NCBI GenBank assembly: GCA_010093605.1
Contig: MU004190.1
Coordinates: 1,509,599-1,573,598 of the forward strand
DNA length: 64,000 nt
Direction of reading: 5' to 3'
Source of the DNA: Lophium mytilinum
Taxonomy: Eukaryota
This document shows, piece after piece, positions 51,180-64,000 of the stretch. The notes beneath the pieces were generated by a model. The model was not told the DNA's origin, searched no databases, and saw nothing but the letters and a program-made list of their open reading frames with translations. The position numbers were made by a program, and so were the translations under genes. Position 1 is the first letter of the stretch. Each line of letters begins with the position of its first letter.

Positions 51180-54100
51180 TATAAGGTTTACAATAGTATA
51201 AGCGTTATATCCTTACGCATAATAGGCTTAAAAGCCTTTAAACGGGACGAAACTGTAAGCGTTTAAACATAATATAATAAACGTTAGATAACGTTATAAG
51301 AACGTTAGAGAAACGTTTTATAATGCATTAAATACTATATATATACAACTCTGTTACTATTAATATAGAATAGAACTCAAGCAATATAATTCCTATCTAT
51401 CTATCTATCCATCTATACTTATATTAACTCTATACCTTTAACAGGTTATAAGCCCGGATTGCACCACGCAATCTACAGCTATACAAAGCACCAACGGGCA
51501 GGTTCCATCTTAAAATCAACTAGATATCGATTAAAATCATCCAAATTAACGAAATATTGACTAGAATTATTCAAATCGACTAAATATTAGACGAAAACGA
51601 CGCCGTTTACTATCTTAATTACTATCTCCAGCGTATAAACCTACTATACTACCCTACAAGTAGTTTTAAGCACAAAACAAAGCTAAAATTAAAAGAGACG
51701 AAGTTATTGACTATAAACCCGCCATATAATAGCTAGAACGCAATCTAGAATTATAAATCTATTATAAATAAAATTAGACTAAAGAAATATTACCTACTTA
51801 TTATATCTATTAATATAAAGCTTCTATAAGCTTATATTACGTTATAAACCACGCAATTAACCTTCTAATATCTATTATCTATTACATATTAAATCTAGAT
51901 ACTCTAGATTAGATTATAACCTTTTATTCTATCATCTTATCTAATACAAGAAGATAAATCGATTAAAAATCAAGATATTTCTCTTTCTATCTATCTATCT
52001 ATTCATGAAATACATAGATACATAGAATTTATCTATCTATCTATTCGCCAAATATATAGATAGATAGAAATCTATCTATTTAATAAATCTATAGATATAT
52101 AGAAATCCATCTATTTATCTATCTATCTATTTACCTAACGGGCTATCTATCTATCTATTTAATCTAAAATGGATAAAATTAGTATTACTAAGCTAGTTAG
52201 TTAATCTAACTACAAAGTTTAGGCTCTAAGAGTACAATCTCTCTTAGTAGAAAAAAGTTATAGTAATGCTATTAGCAGTACTACTATTCCTATTAATAAG
52301 GAAAACAATGCAAAAGCATTAGCCACTATTAGGCTTACTATAGAGGACGGTCCTCTATTATAATTATAGTATTCTACTACTATAATAAAAGCTTAGAAGC
52401 TACTAAAGAAGCTATATAGCCCAAAGGGCTTTAGTTCTAAATTCCTTATCTATAAGAAGCTGTTTAATACTATTTTATCCAAGTTTTTAACTATAGAAGA
52501 TTACTTAAATAAGATAAAATAGTTAATAGATTAATTAAAAGCGAAAAAGCTTAAATTACTAAATTAAGTTATTATAGCCTGGGTTTTAAATAACCTAATA
52601 GACCTCTACAATGGCTTTATAATAATAGTTACGCAATCCTATAGGGAAAACTTATCTAATATTAAATTAGATGATTTATTCTCTAATTTAATAGATAAAG
52701 TAAGAAGACAAGAGTCTAAAGAGCATAAAACGGCTCTAATTAATAGAACTAAAAAGTTCTTACTAAAAAAGAATAGAGTAGAAAAAACAAGATATTATAA
52801 GAAGTGTAAAACAGCTACGCACCTTATAAAAGATTGTTTCTATCTATTTCCTAAAAAAGCTCTAAAATAGTTTAGAATAAAGGAATACTTTAAACTACTA
52901 AAAGATAATAAGGAAGAATCCTTACTTATAGAAGAATCTAACCCTAATAATTAGGGAGATTTCGATATAGATCTAGATGCAGCTAAAGTAAAGGTATTTC
53001 TAGCATCCTATTATACCCCTAATAACGAAGCTAATTATATATTAGACTCCGGGAGCACAAGCCATATAATAGTAGATAGAAATCTATTTACTAGTTATAA
53101 GGAGCAAGCTATTATATTAAATTAGGGAGAAAATAAAACTATAACCATAAAAGGTATAGGAAATATACAATTAAAACTAAATAGAAATATATTTATACTA
53201 GAAAAGTGCCTTTTTATACCTAACTTTAGATATAATCTAATATCTATAAGTAAACTAGATTCTATAGGAATAAACGTTACGTTTAAGAATAAAACAGCTA
53301 TTATATATAAAAAGAATAATATACTAGTAATAGCATCGCTTAAAAACTCTTTATACTATATAAATATAGAAAATACAACACTTTTTATAAAGTAAATAAA
53401 TTAAATACATAAATAGATAGATAAAAGCAATTTAATAAATATATATATAGATAGAAATAATCTATCTATCTAGCACTAAAGAATGGGCTATATAAGCTCT
53501 AGAAAGCTTAGTATACTATTAGGTATACTACCTATAAAAGAAGCTATACAATATAAAGCCTGTATAAAAGCTAAGATAACTAAAAATAAAAGAAGTAAGG
53601 AATTAATAGTAAAAACTGAAATTCCTTTATAAAAAGTATCTTTAGATCTAGCAGGGCCTATAAATCCACCTACTTTAGGGGGTAATAAATATGTTATCTT
53701 CTTTATAGATACAGCTTTAAGATATATAGAATATAAACTATTAAAGTCTAAAGATAAAGCTTATAACGCCTTCTTAGAATATAAAGCTAAGGCTAAAAAT
53801 ACATAAGATAAAAGAAAGATATAAATCTTTAAAACTAATAATAGGGGAGAATATATAAATAAGAAATTTAAAACAACTCTTTTAAAAACGGGTATAACCT
53901 ATTAACTCTTAAGCCCCTATACGCTGGAATAAAACGGCTTAATAGAACAAATTAACTTAACTATATTTAATATAGTAAGGGCTCTATTATATACAGCTAA
54001 TCTACCTTTTAATCTATGGGGAGAAGCTATAAATGCGGCCGTATATATATATAATAGAACGCCATACTCTAGCTTAAAAGATAAAACGCTATTTAAGCTA

Positions 54101-56331
54101 TATTATAAAAGAAAAGCTAAAATAGATAATATAAAAATCTTTAGCTCTATAGCTTATTATAAGGTTAAAACGCAAATAACTAAATTAGAACTAAGAGCTA
54201 AAAAGGCTATAGTATTAGGCTATAGTTTAAATGCGTATAGACTATTAGATCTAGAAACTAAAAAGATCTTTTAGGCAAGAGATGTATCTATAATAGAAGG
54301 CTTCCTTAATAAAAGGAATAAAAACAACGTTAATAAAAAGGGAAATCCTTTAGAATACGTTATTAATATAGAGCCACTAAAAGAGAATACTATAAGTAAT
54401 AATACTATAAGTGATACTATAAGTAATAATACTTTAAGTAGTAATAATTTAATACTAGATGAAAGCTCTAAAGATAAATTAGCTTTAAAACTATCTAGAA
54501 ATCTATCTATTTAAAGATATATATAAAATCCAAATTCAATAAATAGATATATAGATGAAAATCAATTATTAAATATATATATAGATAGAAACTAAACTTA
54601 ATTATCTATAAATATATATATAGATAATCTATCTAAAGACGAATTAGCCTTTATTATTAATAATAATAACAAGCTAAATATATATAAACAAGCTATAGAA
54701 TCTCCATATAATAATAAATAGAAAGAAGCTATACTAATAGAAATAGACTAGCTTAATAAGCAAAATACCTAGAAGTTAGTAGACTTACCAGTAAATAGAA
54801 ATGCGTTAAAAGAACGCTGGGTTTATAAAATTAAAACCGATATAGATAATAATATATCTAAATATAAGGTAAGATAGGTAGTAAAAGGTTTTAGCCAAGT
54901 CTATAGCGTAGATTATGAAGAAACCTTTACTAATACCTGCCGCCCAGAAGTATATAGGCTATTACTTATATTAGCTACTTATTATAACTAGGAAATAATA
55001 CAATGGGACTTTAAAAATGCATTTACGCATGCAGAATTAGATAAAGAACTTTACGTAGAACAACTACATGGTTTTAATAGAAATAATAGTAATAAAGTCT
55101 ATAAACTAAATAAAGCCTTATATAGTTTAAAATAATTACCTAGACAGTAGTATATATATCTAGCTACCTATCTAGAAAAGTATAGTTTTAAAAGTACTAT
55201 TGCAGAGCAAGCAGTACTTAAAAATACGCAACTAAATATAATAATAGTCTGCTACGTAGATAACTTATTAGTATTTAGGCCAAATATAAAAGATATAGAA
55301 AATCTATAATTAAAACTAAGCAAAGACTTAGAATTAACAAACTTAGGCCCTATATCCTACTTTCTAGGCATGGAAATAATACGTAATAGAAAAGAAAGAG
55401 CCTTATTACTAAGCTAGAAAAAGTATATAAAAAGTCTATTAAAAAGATTTAATAAAGAGAAACTAAATCCCGTTTCTATACTAGGAGAAATAGGTATAAA
55501 ACTAGAGAAAAACAATAAACAGGCATTAAAAGAAGTTATAAAACTATACTAGCAATAAGTTGGAAGTCTTATTTATCTATCTATAAAAACAAGACTAGAT
55601 ATAGCCTATAGCGTAAATTTATGCGCTCGTTTTATGTCTAATCCTAGTCCTATTTACTTTAAAGCCTTAGAAAGGATCTGGAAATACTTATTATATAAGC
55701 CTACGCACGGAATTGGCATTAAATTTTCTCCTAGTAATCCAGCACCCTATTTATTAGGATATTCCGATGCAGATTACGGGGGTGATATAATAGGAAGAAA
55801 ATCAACAACTGGCTACTACTTCTCCTATAGAAAAACCCCTATTAGCTGGAATAGTAAACTATAGAAATCTCTAGCACTATCTAGTTGCGAAGCTAAATAT
55901 ATGGCTTTAAAAGAAACTATAAAAGAATATATATACTTAAAAAGTATATTAAAACAACATGATATTAAAAATACAGAAGACTTCTATCTATTTACGGATA
56001 GTCAATTAGCTATAGAATTAGCTAATAATCCTAAACACCACTTAAAAACTAAACATATAGATATACAATATCATTTTGTAAGAGAAAATGTTTAAAATGA
56101 ATTAATAAAGCTAGCCTACCTTAATACTAAGGAGTAAATAGCTGATATATTCACTAAACCATTAGTAGGAAGTAGTTTTACTAAAATAGTAGACTATATG
56201 AAATTAGACACTAAATAGATACATAGATACATAGATATATAGATATAACTCTATTGCGCAAATACATAGATATATAGAATTCATCTATCTATCTATCTAT
56301 CTATCTATCTGTGCAAAGAAGAAGAAAAAAT

Positions 56332-56362
<31 letters not shown>

Positions 56363-56705
56363 ATCTATCTGTCTATCTATCTATCTCTCTATCTATTCGA
56401 AAAAGAATATACAAAATAAGCATATAACGCTTAAGGGAGTATGTAAGGTTTACAATAGTATAAGCGTTATATCCTTACGCATAATAGGCTCAAAAGCCTT
56501 CAAACGGGACGAAACCGTGAGCGTTTGAACATAATACAACAAACGTTAGATAACGTTATAAGAACGTTAGAGAAACGTTTTATAATGCATTAAATGCTGT
56601 ATATATATAACTCCGTTGCTGTCAATGTAGAATAGAACTCAAGCAATACAATTCCTATCTATCTATCTATCCATCTATTCTCACATCGACTCTATACCTT
56701 TGACA
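51180..56705 (+). mobile_element. Full-length Ty1/Copia LTR retrotransposon inactivated by RIP
   Basis: 264-bp LTRs (51180-51443, 56442-56705), TSD ATTAC, PBS GGTTATAAGCCC and PPT AAGGGAGTA. Relic motifs: protease 'ILDSGSTSHI' (~53040), integrase 'DLAGPINPPTLGGNKYVIFFID' (~53645), RT, RNase H 'GYSDADYGGD..RKSTTGY' and 'TKHIDIQYHFVRE', in PR-IN-RT-RH order. Confidence 0.96.
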
Positions 56706-56848
56706 ATTACTATAGCATACTCTCTAATATATCTATTTTACTATATTATTATAAAACTACCTATAGTTATATTATAAAGTAATTATAATTATAAGCTATA
56801 TAGGTTATAGCCTCTAATCTAAAGAAAAGTACTAAGAAAAGATTTTTC

Positions 56849-57186
56849 TGAAAGAGATAGAGTCAGTGTAACAATAGATAGATAGATAGCTAGATAGATT
56901 AAAAGGAATTATATTACTTAAGTTTTAGTCTACACTAACAGCAATGGAGTTTATGTATATACACGATTATTTATGTTAAAGAATGCTTCCCTAATGTTCT
57001 TATAACGTTCTCTATTGTTTATTGTATCATGTTCAAGCGCTTACAGTTTCGTTCTATTTAAGGGCCTTGAAGACTATTATACGTAAGGATATAATGCTTA
57101 TGCTATTATACAACTAATACGCCCCTTTAAGCATTATGTGCTTATTTTATGCATTCTTTGTTTGGATAGATAGATAGATTTAATTA

Positions 57187-57225
<39 letters not shown>

Positions 57226-57305
57226 TTTAGATACATAGATAGATAGATATTTAGATAGATAGATAGATAGATATTTAGATAGATAGATAGATAGATAGAT
57301 AGAAA
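56849..57305 (-). mobile_element. Truncated second Copia copy: 3' LTR plus PPT and 3' UTR with (AGAT)n, opposite orientation
   Basis: Reverse-complement LTR followed by 'GCCCCTTTAAGCATTATGTGCTTATTTTATGCATTCTT', matching 56403-56441. Confidence 0.75.
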
Positions 57306-57680
57306 AATAAGCTTATATTAATTCAGTTATACTCTATCTTAGTTATACTCTATCTTGGTTATTATACTCCATCTTAGTTATAGTACAATTACTTATATCT
57401 CTACGTAAAAAGTAGTCTACTTATTAAATATCTTTTTCATAATCTTTTCTAATATTTGTTATATTATATCTAAGTACCTATAGTCTAGTTTCTAAGGTAC
57501 TTTGTATAAGTATATAATATATTTACCTTCTAAAGTTTATAACTAAGCTATAAAAAATAGAAGATATTATCTTACTTTTAACCTTACCTATAATTTATAT
57601 TCTCTAGGAGCTACCTAATTAAGAACTATATTTAACTTAATATTTCTTCTCTTATTACCCTAAATAGTATAGTTAATAAA

Positions 57681-57937
57681 TGTAAAAGGTTTAAAGTTAA
57701 TGTGAGAATAGATGGATAGATAGATAGGAATTGTATTGCTTGAGTTCTATTCTATATTAACAGCAATAGAGTATATATACAACATTTACTGCATTATAAA
57801 ATGTTTCTCTAACGTTCTTGTAACGTTATCTAACGTTCTTTGTATCACGTTTAAACGCTTACGGTTTTGTCCCGTTTAAAGGCTTTTGAGCCTATTATGC
57901 ATAAGGATATAGCGCTTATACTATTATAAAACTTGCA
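57681..57937 (-). mobile_element. Solo LTR of the Copia family
   Basis: TGTAA...TTGCA ends; TSD ATAAA on both sides. Confidence 0.88.
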
Positions 57938-58540
57938 ATAAATAGCTATAAAAGAGACTACTAAATTACTATCTAGCCTTATATTAAGATGATATACTCT
58001 ATAAATTATAGTAATATTCTTAGCTACACTCTCTTTTATCTCTACTAATTAACTTTTTATAAAACCTATATAACCTCTACTACTGCATCTTCCTAATAAT
58101 CTTAAAAGTTTAAAGCATCTATTTAGATACTTAGTAGTGCTTATAACCAACTCTCTCTTACAAATACCCTTGCCCTGAACAACCTGTAAAACTCGATGTT
58201 ACTGTTCCCTAATAGCACTTAGTACAGTCTAACAGATTGTTTAAAATTCTATAATGAAAAATCTGCGAGCCTTTCAATATAGAGATATGATTTCTATGGG
58301 CTTCAGCTAAAGCGCTCTCGACCATCTGGTGCATTGATCCCAATCTGTGTCACACTCGCGGCACTCAACGGTCGCATCAGTAGACCACGTACAGCTTGGG
58401 CTTAAGGTGAGCCGTTGAGGGTGTGTAGAGTGAGTATGACTCTGTGTCTTTAGCATGTGCCTCTTCAGAACGCCTTCTAGACGTCAATTGATGGCGATTT
58501 CCAATTTGGCTCTAGTAGTGTAGTGCGTGAACCGAGACCG

Positions 58541-59331
58541 TCAAACCTTGACCTTCCCATACCAAGCACTACTGCCCCTCAAGTTCCCCGGCTCTTTATA
58601 CCTCCCCACCACCACACAAACCCCACTGCCCCTCGCAGCGCCCACTCCAACCTCCGTAGTCGTTGGCCAGACGACCTGCGTCCAGTGACCGTACATGCCG
58701 TAATTCGCGTCGATCGGCTCGCCGTGGTAATCCTTCTCCTCGCCGAGCCACATCTCGACGCCTTTGGCCATTGAGCCGTTAGTCGCAGGCATGAACTTGG
58801 CGAGGTTCTCGCCTTCGCCTTTCGTGCCAGAATGCAGAAAGCTGCCGGATTGCATGAGGCGCTTAGCGTAGGCATCGGCTTCGGCGGCGAGGGTACTGTT
58901 CCACTTGAGGGGAGGGCGGGGAGTGTTGCAGGCTTTGGAGATGCGGGCGCGGGCTGGGAGCCGTTAGTAGGAGCAGGTGGAGGAGAGTTGTGGTCCAATG
59001 TACCTTGGTTATGGAGATCAAGTGCTTCCTTTTGGTCCGCGTTCAGGCTGGTGGGGTCGGTGCTGGCAGACTTGTTGACAAGGGTAGGGATCTTAGACGC
59101 GTTGGACTTGGTGACGTTAGTGGAGGGACGGGGCTCGCTGAGGGTGGCTCGTACGGGGCTCACTCCAGTGCCCTCGAGACTCTGGATGGGGATGGATAGG
59201 ACCTGGCCAGGCTTGAGTTGGTCGAGGCTGACACCTGGATTTGCGGACTTGAGCGATAGAATGCTGATTCTGAAGGTTTTGGCGATGGAGAACATGGTGT
59301 CGTCTTTGCCGACGATCAGTAGGTATGACAT
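58541..59331 (-). CDS. LysM + CAP (SCP/PR-1-like) fusion protein with no evident signal peptide (2 exons)
   Basis: LysM 'IVGKDDTMFSIAKTFRISILSLKSANPGVSLDQLKPGQVLSIP'; CAP 'ALDLHNQAR...PLKWNSTLAAEADAYA...HSG..GEGENLA...GHWTQVVWPTTTEVGVG...VVGRYKEPGN'; intron 58954-59003 joins the frames. Confidence 0.88.
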
Positions 59332-59938
59332 AGTAGCGGCTAAGGGGTTGTCGGAGGTGACGGAGTAAGAACGAGTCCAAGTGCTCCAAGTGCTCAGGGA
59401 AAGATAGAATTATAGGAGTAGAGGCGATGACTTCTAGAAGGAGGTTGAGGGTTGAAAAGCGGAGAGGGGAGATAGGTTTGTATAGGGAACTCATGAAAAG
59501 GCCAAGTTGATGCTTCCCAAAAGTAAAGGGAGCGACGAACAGCACAGCTAGGTAGGTAAGTGTGTACTACCATCAGCCACTGCCTAGATTGACCCGGCAA
59601 CCTTATTGAGCAAAGCTCGGCTTTTCAAGAACGCATCGAGGAGTATCAGACAGCGGTAGACGAGTTTCCAGGCATCGGCAACGAGTTATCGTATTTAAGT
59701 AGAATGAATTGCCATTCTGTACTTCTACAGTGACTGAAGATAGTACCCCAATGAGTTTTCGGTAATCTAGGCGCGATGCTAAGTCTTGCCCAGCGTGCTC
59801 TGAGCTGCCCTTTGACTGAACGTGTCAACAAAGCGGCCCCTGACAGTGGTGTCTAGCTTCCAGAAGCGGCACTCCCAGGGTAGCATGTATGTGCTCATAC
59901 CTATGGCCTAGTACTGTACTTGAAATCGGTTCGACCTC

Positions 59939-61573
59939 TCAATTCCTAAAAAGTAGGAGACCTTGTTCTGCTGCATCTTCGTCGTCTCTCATATCCTCAT
60001 CTTTTTGCTCCGCGTCTTCGGCCAATTCCATCTTCCTGCCGAAGAGACTTCCAAACAGCTCGTCTACCTGTCTCTCGCCCCATGTACTGCGATCTTCGGG
60101 TGCCATGTAATTCTGCAATTTCTCATGAACTGTAAAGCGCAATTTCCTTCCCTTACTAGCTTTGGTATCCACGATACGCTTCGTCTTTGCATCACGCACC
60201 GCCTGCCAAGGAGCTTGAGCCACATAGCCAGTTCCATTGATCTGCATTGAAACATCTTCCGAGCGTTGCTCCAGCAGTTCTTTTAATAGAAGGCCGTAGA
60301 AATCAGCATCGTCGTAGATGTCCGGTGACTCCGCGACACCAGCAGCAACCTGTACGGGCGCGCAGGACCTTGGAATGCGTGTACGCTTGACGAGACGAGC
60401 TGAGTCTGACATATGCGTGTTCAGAACGTCAGTGATGGTCTGCTCCGATACAGCGCTGCTATTGAGGCGGCGAGTCTGAGGCACGATAGGGGCTGGACGG
60501 GACTTCGCGGACCATTTCTCCAAAACGGTGCGACGATTCTGCAAGTTGCCAGACTCTGAGGCCTTGATGGAGTTCCAGATCTCGAATGACGAGGTTTCTA
60601 AGGTAAAAGAATCCGCTCGTTTGCGTTTTGTCCCAGCCTGGGCTGCGTCGAGACTGGACCGCAGGCCGGAGAGCGTGTTGAGCAAAGCTAATGCAGCATT
60701 TTCTGCAGCTTGGACGGCATCTTCTCCTTTGTTGAGACCTTCGGAGTCTATGGCGGAAGGAAGCGAGTTTGAGGATATCAGAGCCTTCTGTAGTCGTATT
60801 CTTGTGTTCAGAATGGAATCGAAAGTCTTTCTTTGGGCTTTGACGGCTTCTCCCTTCTCTGCATCCGCTTTGGCGGCCTGGGAGACGGTTGCTGTGATAC
60901 TCTTCTGCGCCTCGCTCATGATCTTCCGTAGTTCAGCACGATTGGCAGCGTCGTCTTGCTCGTCTGAGCCACCAGCGTCGTCCTCGTCATCGTCATCGCT
61001 CTCGAACCCATCGAAATCGTCGCCACCAAAGCGGACCTTCTCTTCCTCGGGGCCATCATCCTCATCTTCGTCCGCGAATGCGCTCTCTTCGTCATCATCC
61101 TCGCTTTCCCTGCTACTACTTGGGTGATGTGTAGCACCATTTGTCCGAACAGCGGCACTCGCCTCCTTCTCCTCCTCTTCTTCACCTTCGCTGCTTTCCC
61201 AGCCCACTTCTTTGGAGAACGGGTCGTCACTGTCTTCGTCTAGCGCAACATCTCGACTGACTCTTGAGCCTTTGTACTGCGGTCCTAGTGGGACGCCTTC
61301 GGGTTTCTTGCGGAGTTTGCTCTTGCTGCCAATTGTCAGCTTTGTATCTGAAATAGCTCTTATGCAGCATACCCAACATCCACATAGTGTTCCCGTCCTC
61401 CCTCTTCCTCGTCTAAGCTTTCGTCGTCCGAAGGCGCATCGCTGTCGCTCGGTGGAAAGTCTGGAATTTCTTCAGGGTCGAAGTCTTGACACGCAGGTTA
61501 GTTCAAACATTAAACATAATGGCTCAAGAGGATTGTAGTCCTTACCTCTAGACTTCGTTTTCCTCAGAGCCAT
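59939..61573 (-). CDS. bfr2: Protein BFR2 (AATF/Che-1), SSU processome
   Basis: 'AEKGEAVKAQRKTFDSILNTRIRLQKAL', 'IYDDADFYGLLLKELLE' and 'VDTKASKGRKLRFTVHEKLQNYMAP...DELFGSLFG'; two 5' introns. Confidence 0.95.
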
Positions 61574-61614
61574 GATTGCGTCTGTGAATGTTGAGCTTCG
61601 AAGAATCCATGTTC

Positions 61615-61623
61615 AAAAATTTT
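61615..61623. promoter_or_regulatory. RRPE-like element (AAAAATTTT) in the bfr2/ind1 divergent promoter
   Basis: Matches AAAWTTTT ~40 bp upstream of the ATG of a ribosome-biogenesis gene. Confidence 0.45.
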
Positions 61624-61711
61624 GTCGGAGGTCGGAGCCTTTTCACGCTAGCGATTTTCCCAAACCGACGTCACGAGTTCCAGACAGATTCCTCGTCTCT
61701 AAAACACAGAG

Positions 61712-62808
61712 ATGAAACAAAGGTTATTCTCATCTCTGAGAAGCCTCCAACATGAGAATCCCTTGGTATGCTCATACTTACTACCGACAGAGTTGTAATT
61801 GACCGCAATAGGGCCTCCCCCGCTCCGGCGCGCCTCCAACGGTCCCGCGCATGCAACGGGGACTCCCGCAGCAGCGCAGCATTCGAGATGTAAGGAAGGT
61901 CATTGCCGTCTCGTCGGCGAAAGGAGGAGTGGGAAAGTCGACGATAGCTGGTTAGCCATACGACTACTATGTGACCTTGACCATCTATTCTTACGCCCTG
62001 TTGCTAGTCAACTTGGCACTCTCCTTCGCGCGTTCTGGCCACAGGACGGGCATCCTGGACACTGATATCTTTGGGCCCTCAATACCAACCCTTCTGAATC
62101 TCTCTGGCGAGCCCAGGCTATCCTCGAGTTAGTCCGTACTTTCGTCGTTGCCTTCGCGCTACCATTTGTTAAGCTTCTCGTCAGACAACCAACTCATTCC
62201 GCTATCAAATTATGGGGTCAAATCCATGTCCATGGGCTACCTGATTCCGGAAGCCTCACCCGTTGCGTGGCGAGGCTTGATGGTCATGAAGGCGCTACAA
62301 CAACTTCTGCATGAGGTAGACTGGGGCGGACTTGATGTCTTGGTTCTAGATCTACCTCCCGGCACAGGGGACGTTCAATTGACAATCACGCAACAAGTCA
62401 AGTTAGATGGTAAATTGTCGTACTAATTTCTCTATGTGCACTGGATTAAACACATTTCTAGGTGCAATCATCATCTCCACCCCTCAAGACCTCGCCCTTA
62501 AAGATGCTATCAAAGGCGTCGCCCTCTTCAACAAAGTGTCCGTCCCGCTCCTCGGACTCGTCTCCAACATGTCCGCATTCATATGCCCTACCTGCTCGAC
62601 GTCGCATCCCATATTCGGCTCGCCGGCTCACATCGCGAAGATGTGTGAGGATCAAAAGCTACGTCTGCTCGGGGAGATTCCTCTACATCCTAGCATATGT
62701 GTGGACGCAGATCGAGGAAAGCCGACTGTAGTCGCGGAACCAGACAGCCTGCGTGCGAAGGCTTTTGAAAGCATTGCGAAGACCGCAGGAGAGCTTGTAG
62801 GACTATGA
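61712..62808 (+). CDS. ind1: Mitochondrial Mrp/NBP35-family Fe-S cluster ATPase Ind1 (NUBPL), complex I assembly
   Basis: Presequence '[21 protein letters not shown]', '[11 protein letters not shown]', '[11 protein letters not shown]', '[14 protein letters not shown]', '[11 protein letters not shown]' and '[10 protein letters not shown]'; four introns. Confidence 0.93.
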
Positions 62809-64000
62809 GAGAGTTGCTGTCGACAACGAATGTTTTAAGGTAGCAACGTTGAGGGTAAGAACGTGTACAAACACTGCAAGAAATGTACATACTTGTCACA
62901 TTTCATTCCAACTCGAGAAGTCAAACCTCGTTTCGTGTCTCACCTTTATTGCATTCTTATCCATGAACCGGACACCCCCGACTCAATACCCTCAACGCTC
63001 CACCCAAAACAAAACCCTTCGTACGACATTCCAGACTCTTCGAATCAATCAAGTCTCAGACTCATCAACTCCACCATCATCCCTGGCATCTCGGTTCCAC
63101 CCACGCCCTCCCTTCATCGACACGCGACGTCCCCGAAACCATCGCGCGCCTCATACGCGAGAGCCACCACGTGCAACCGCCCGCGTCACCCCACCAAGGA
63201 CCAGGTACCCCGAGCCCGAATCCCGCCTCCAGATGCCCGGACACACACCCCCTCGCAAAGCTGTCTGGATTAAAGACGAGCAGCCAAGTGGCCGAGAGTG
63301 CTTCCCAAAATAGTATTAACTCGGCCCGATTCTAACACAGTACGGCACCGCGTACGGCAGTGTATTAGAGATTGAGAGGGGATGTTGGGGTTTACGTGTG
63401 TCTGAAACATGGCCTCATATCGAGCGGCGTGGTGGAATCCGTAGGTGTGTCAAGGCTGGCGCTAGCGATTGGTGGCCGGGGAGTACTAGGTGGGAGGCTG
63501 GGTTGGTGTGGCACAGGAGCGAGCGAGAGGATGGAGGAATGGTAGGAGTTTTTTAGTAAGGCTGGAGGAGCTGGATCTAAGCCGGGTGCGGCTGAGCAGA
63601 TGTTGGACAGGTTATTCGTATCTGCAGGACGGGGGCCATGAACCTCACAAGCAATCGAGAGTCAGATTCAACGTTACAAGAAGGCGGCATTGGAAGGTTT
63701 TACGAGGACAAAATAGTTAAAGGTTTATCCTACAGTTCCAACAGCTGGATATACAGCAACAACATCTATCGGCAGTGCGCCACATAGTAGCAAACACGCC
63801 CTACGTACAATTGAGTGTTGAGCATATGTGGTGATCCATCCCAGCCTTCCTAAGCCCTCAATAATTCCTCCGCAAGCAAGGTAAAAACATAACCAAAAAG
63901 GTAGTCCACAGGTAGAAGAGAAAACAAAGCCATGATCCCTGGGGTGAGCAGGGAAAAGGCCGAAATGGGGTATCAAAATACAGGCTCCACCATTTGGAAG

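Noticed and set aside
54385..54445. Short tandem repeat (AATACTATAAGT..) inside Copia pol
   Set aside because: Ordinary low-complexity linker between integrase and RT.
55634..56095. Two short ORFs with RNase H motifs
   Set aside because: Fragments of the dead Copia pol, separated by RIP stops.
62849..63976. Pro/Arg-rich ORFs and C-rich/G-rich skew at the window end
   Set aside because: Overlapping low-complexity ORFs without motifs or clear splice structure; no support for a gene or structured RNA.

Overview
Fungal (filamentous ascomycete) genomic window with a two-compartment structure. Three AT-rich, RIP-mutated blocks (about 1-9.7 kb, 25.7-33.6 kb and 50.5-58.2 kb) alternate with GC-balanced, intron-containing gene islands. 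The AT blocks hold a full-length RIP-killed Ty3/Gypsy element (1466-8676), a full-length RIP-killed Ty1/Copia element (51180-56705, TSD ATTAC), many solo or partial LTRs of that same Copia family, LINE 3' ends, (AGAT)n tracts, a short unmutated TIR element and gene relics. Island 1 (9.8-25.3 kb) is mostly housekeeping: a bZIP-DUF3425 factor, tfb3/MAT1, bud27/URI, a ctr86/ataxin-10 homologue with an apparent internal HMG box, a MARVEL-like membrane protein and a PNPOx-like/FAD-NAD oxidoreductase. Island 2 (33.6-50.0 kb) looks accessory and is walled in by Copia LTRs. It holds a secreted HExxH zincin protease head-to-head with a secreted Ser-rich, multi-Cys-domain protein, followed by a ~3,250-aa DUF3638/DUF3645-type SF2-like ATPase. 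Island 3 (58.5-62.8 kb) holds a leaderless LysM-CAP(PR-1) fusion, bfr2 and ind1. All family assignments come from motif recognition by eye; no database search was run. Exon boundaries were inferred from splice consensus.
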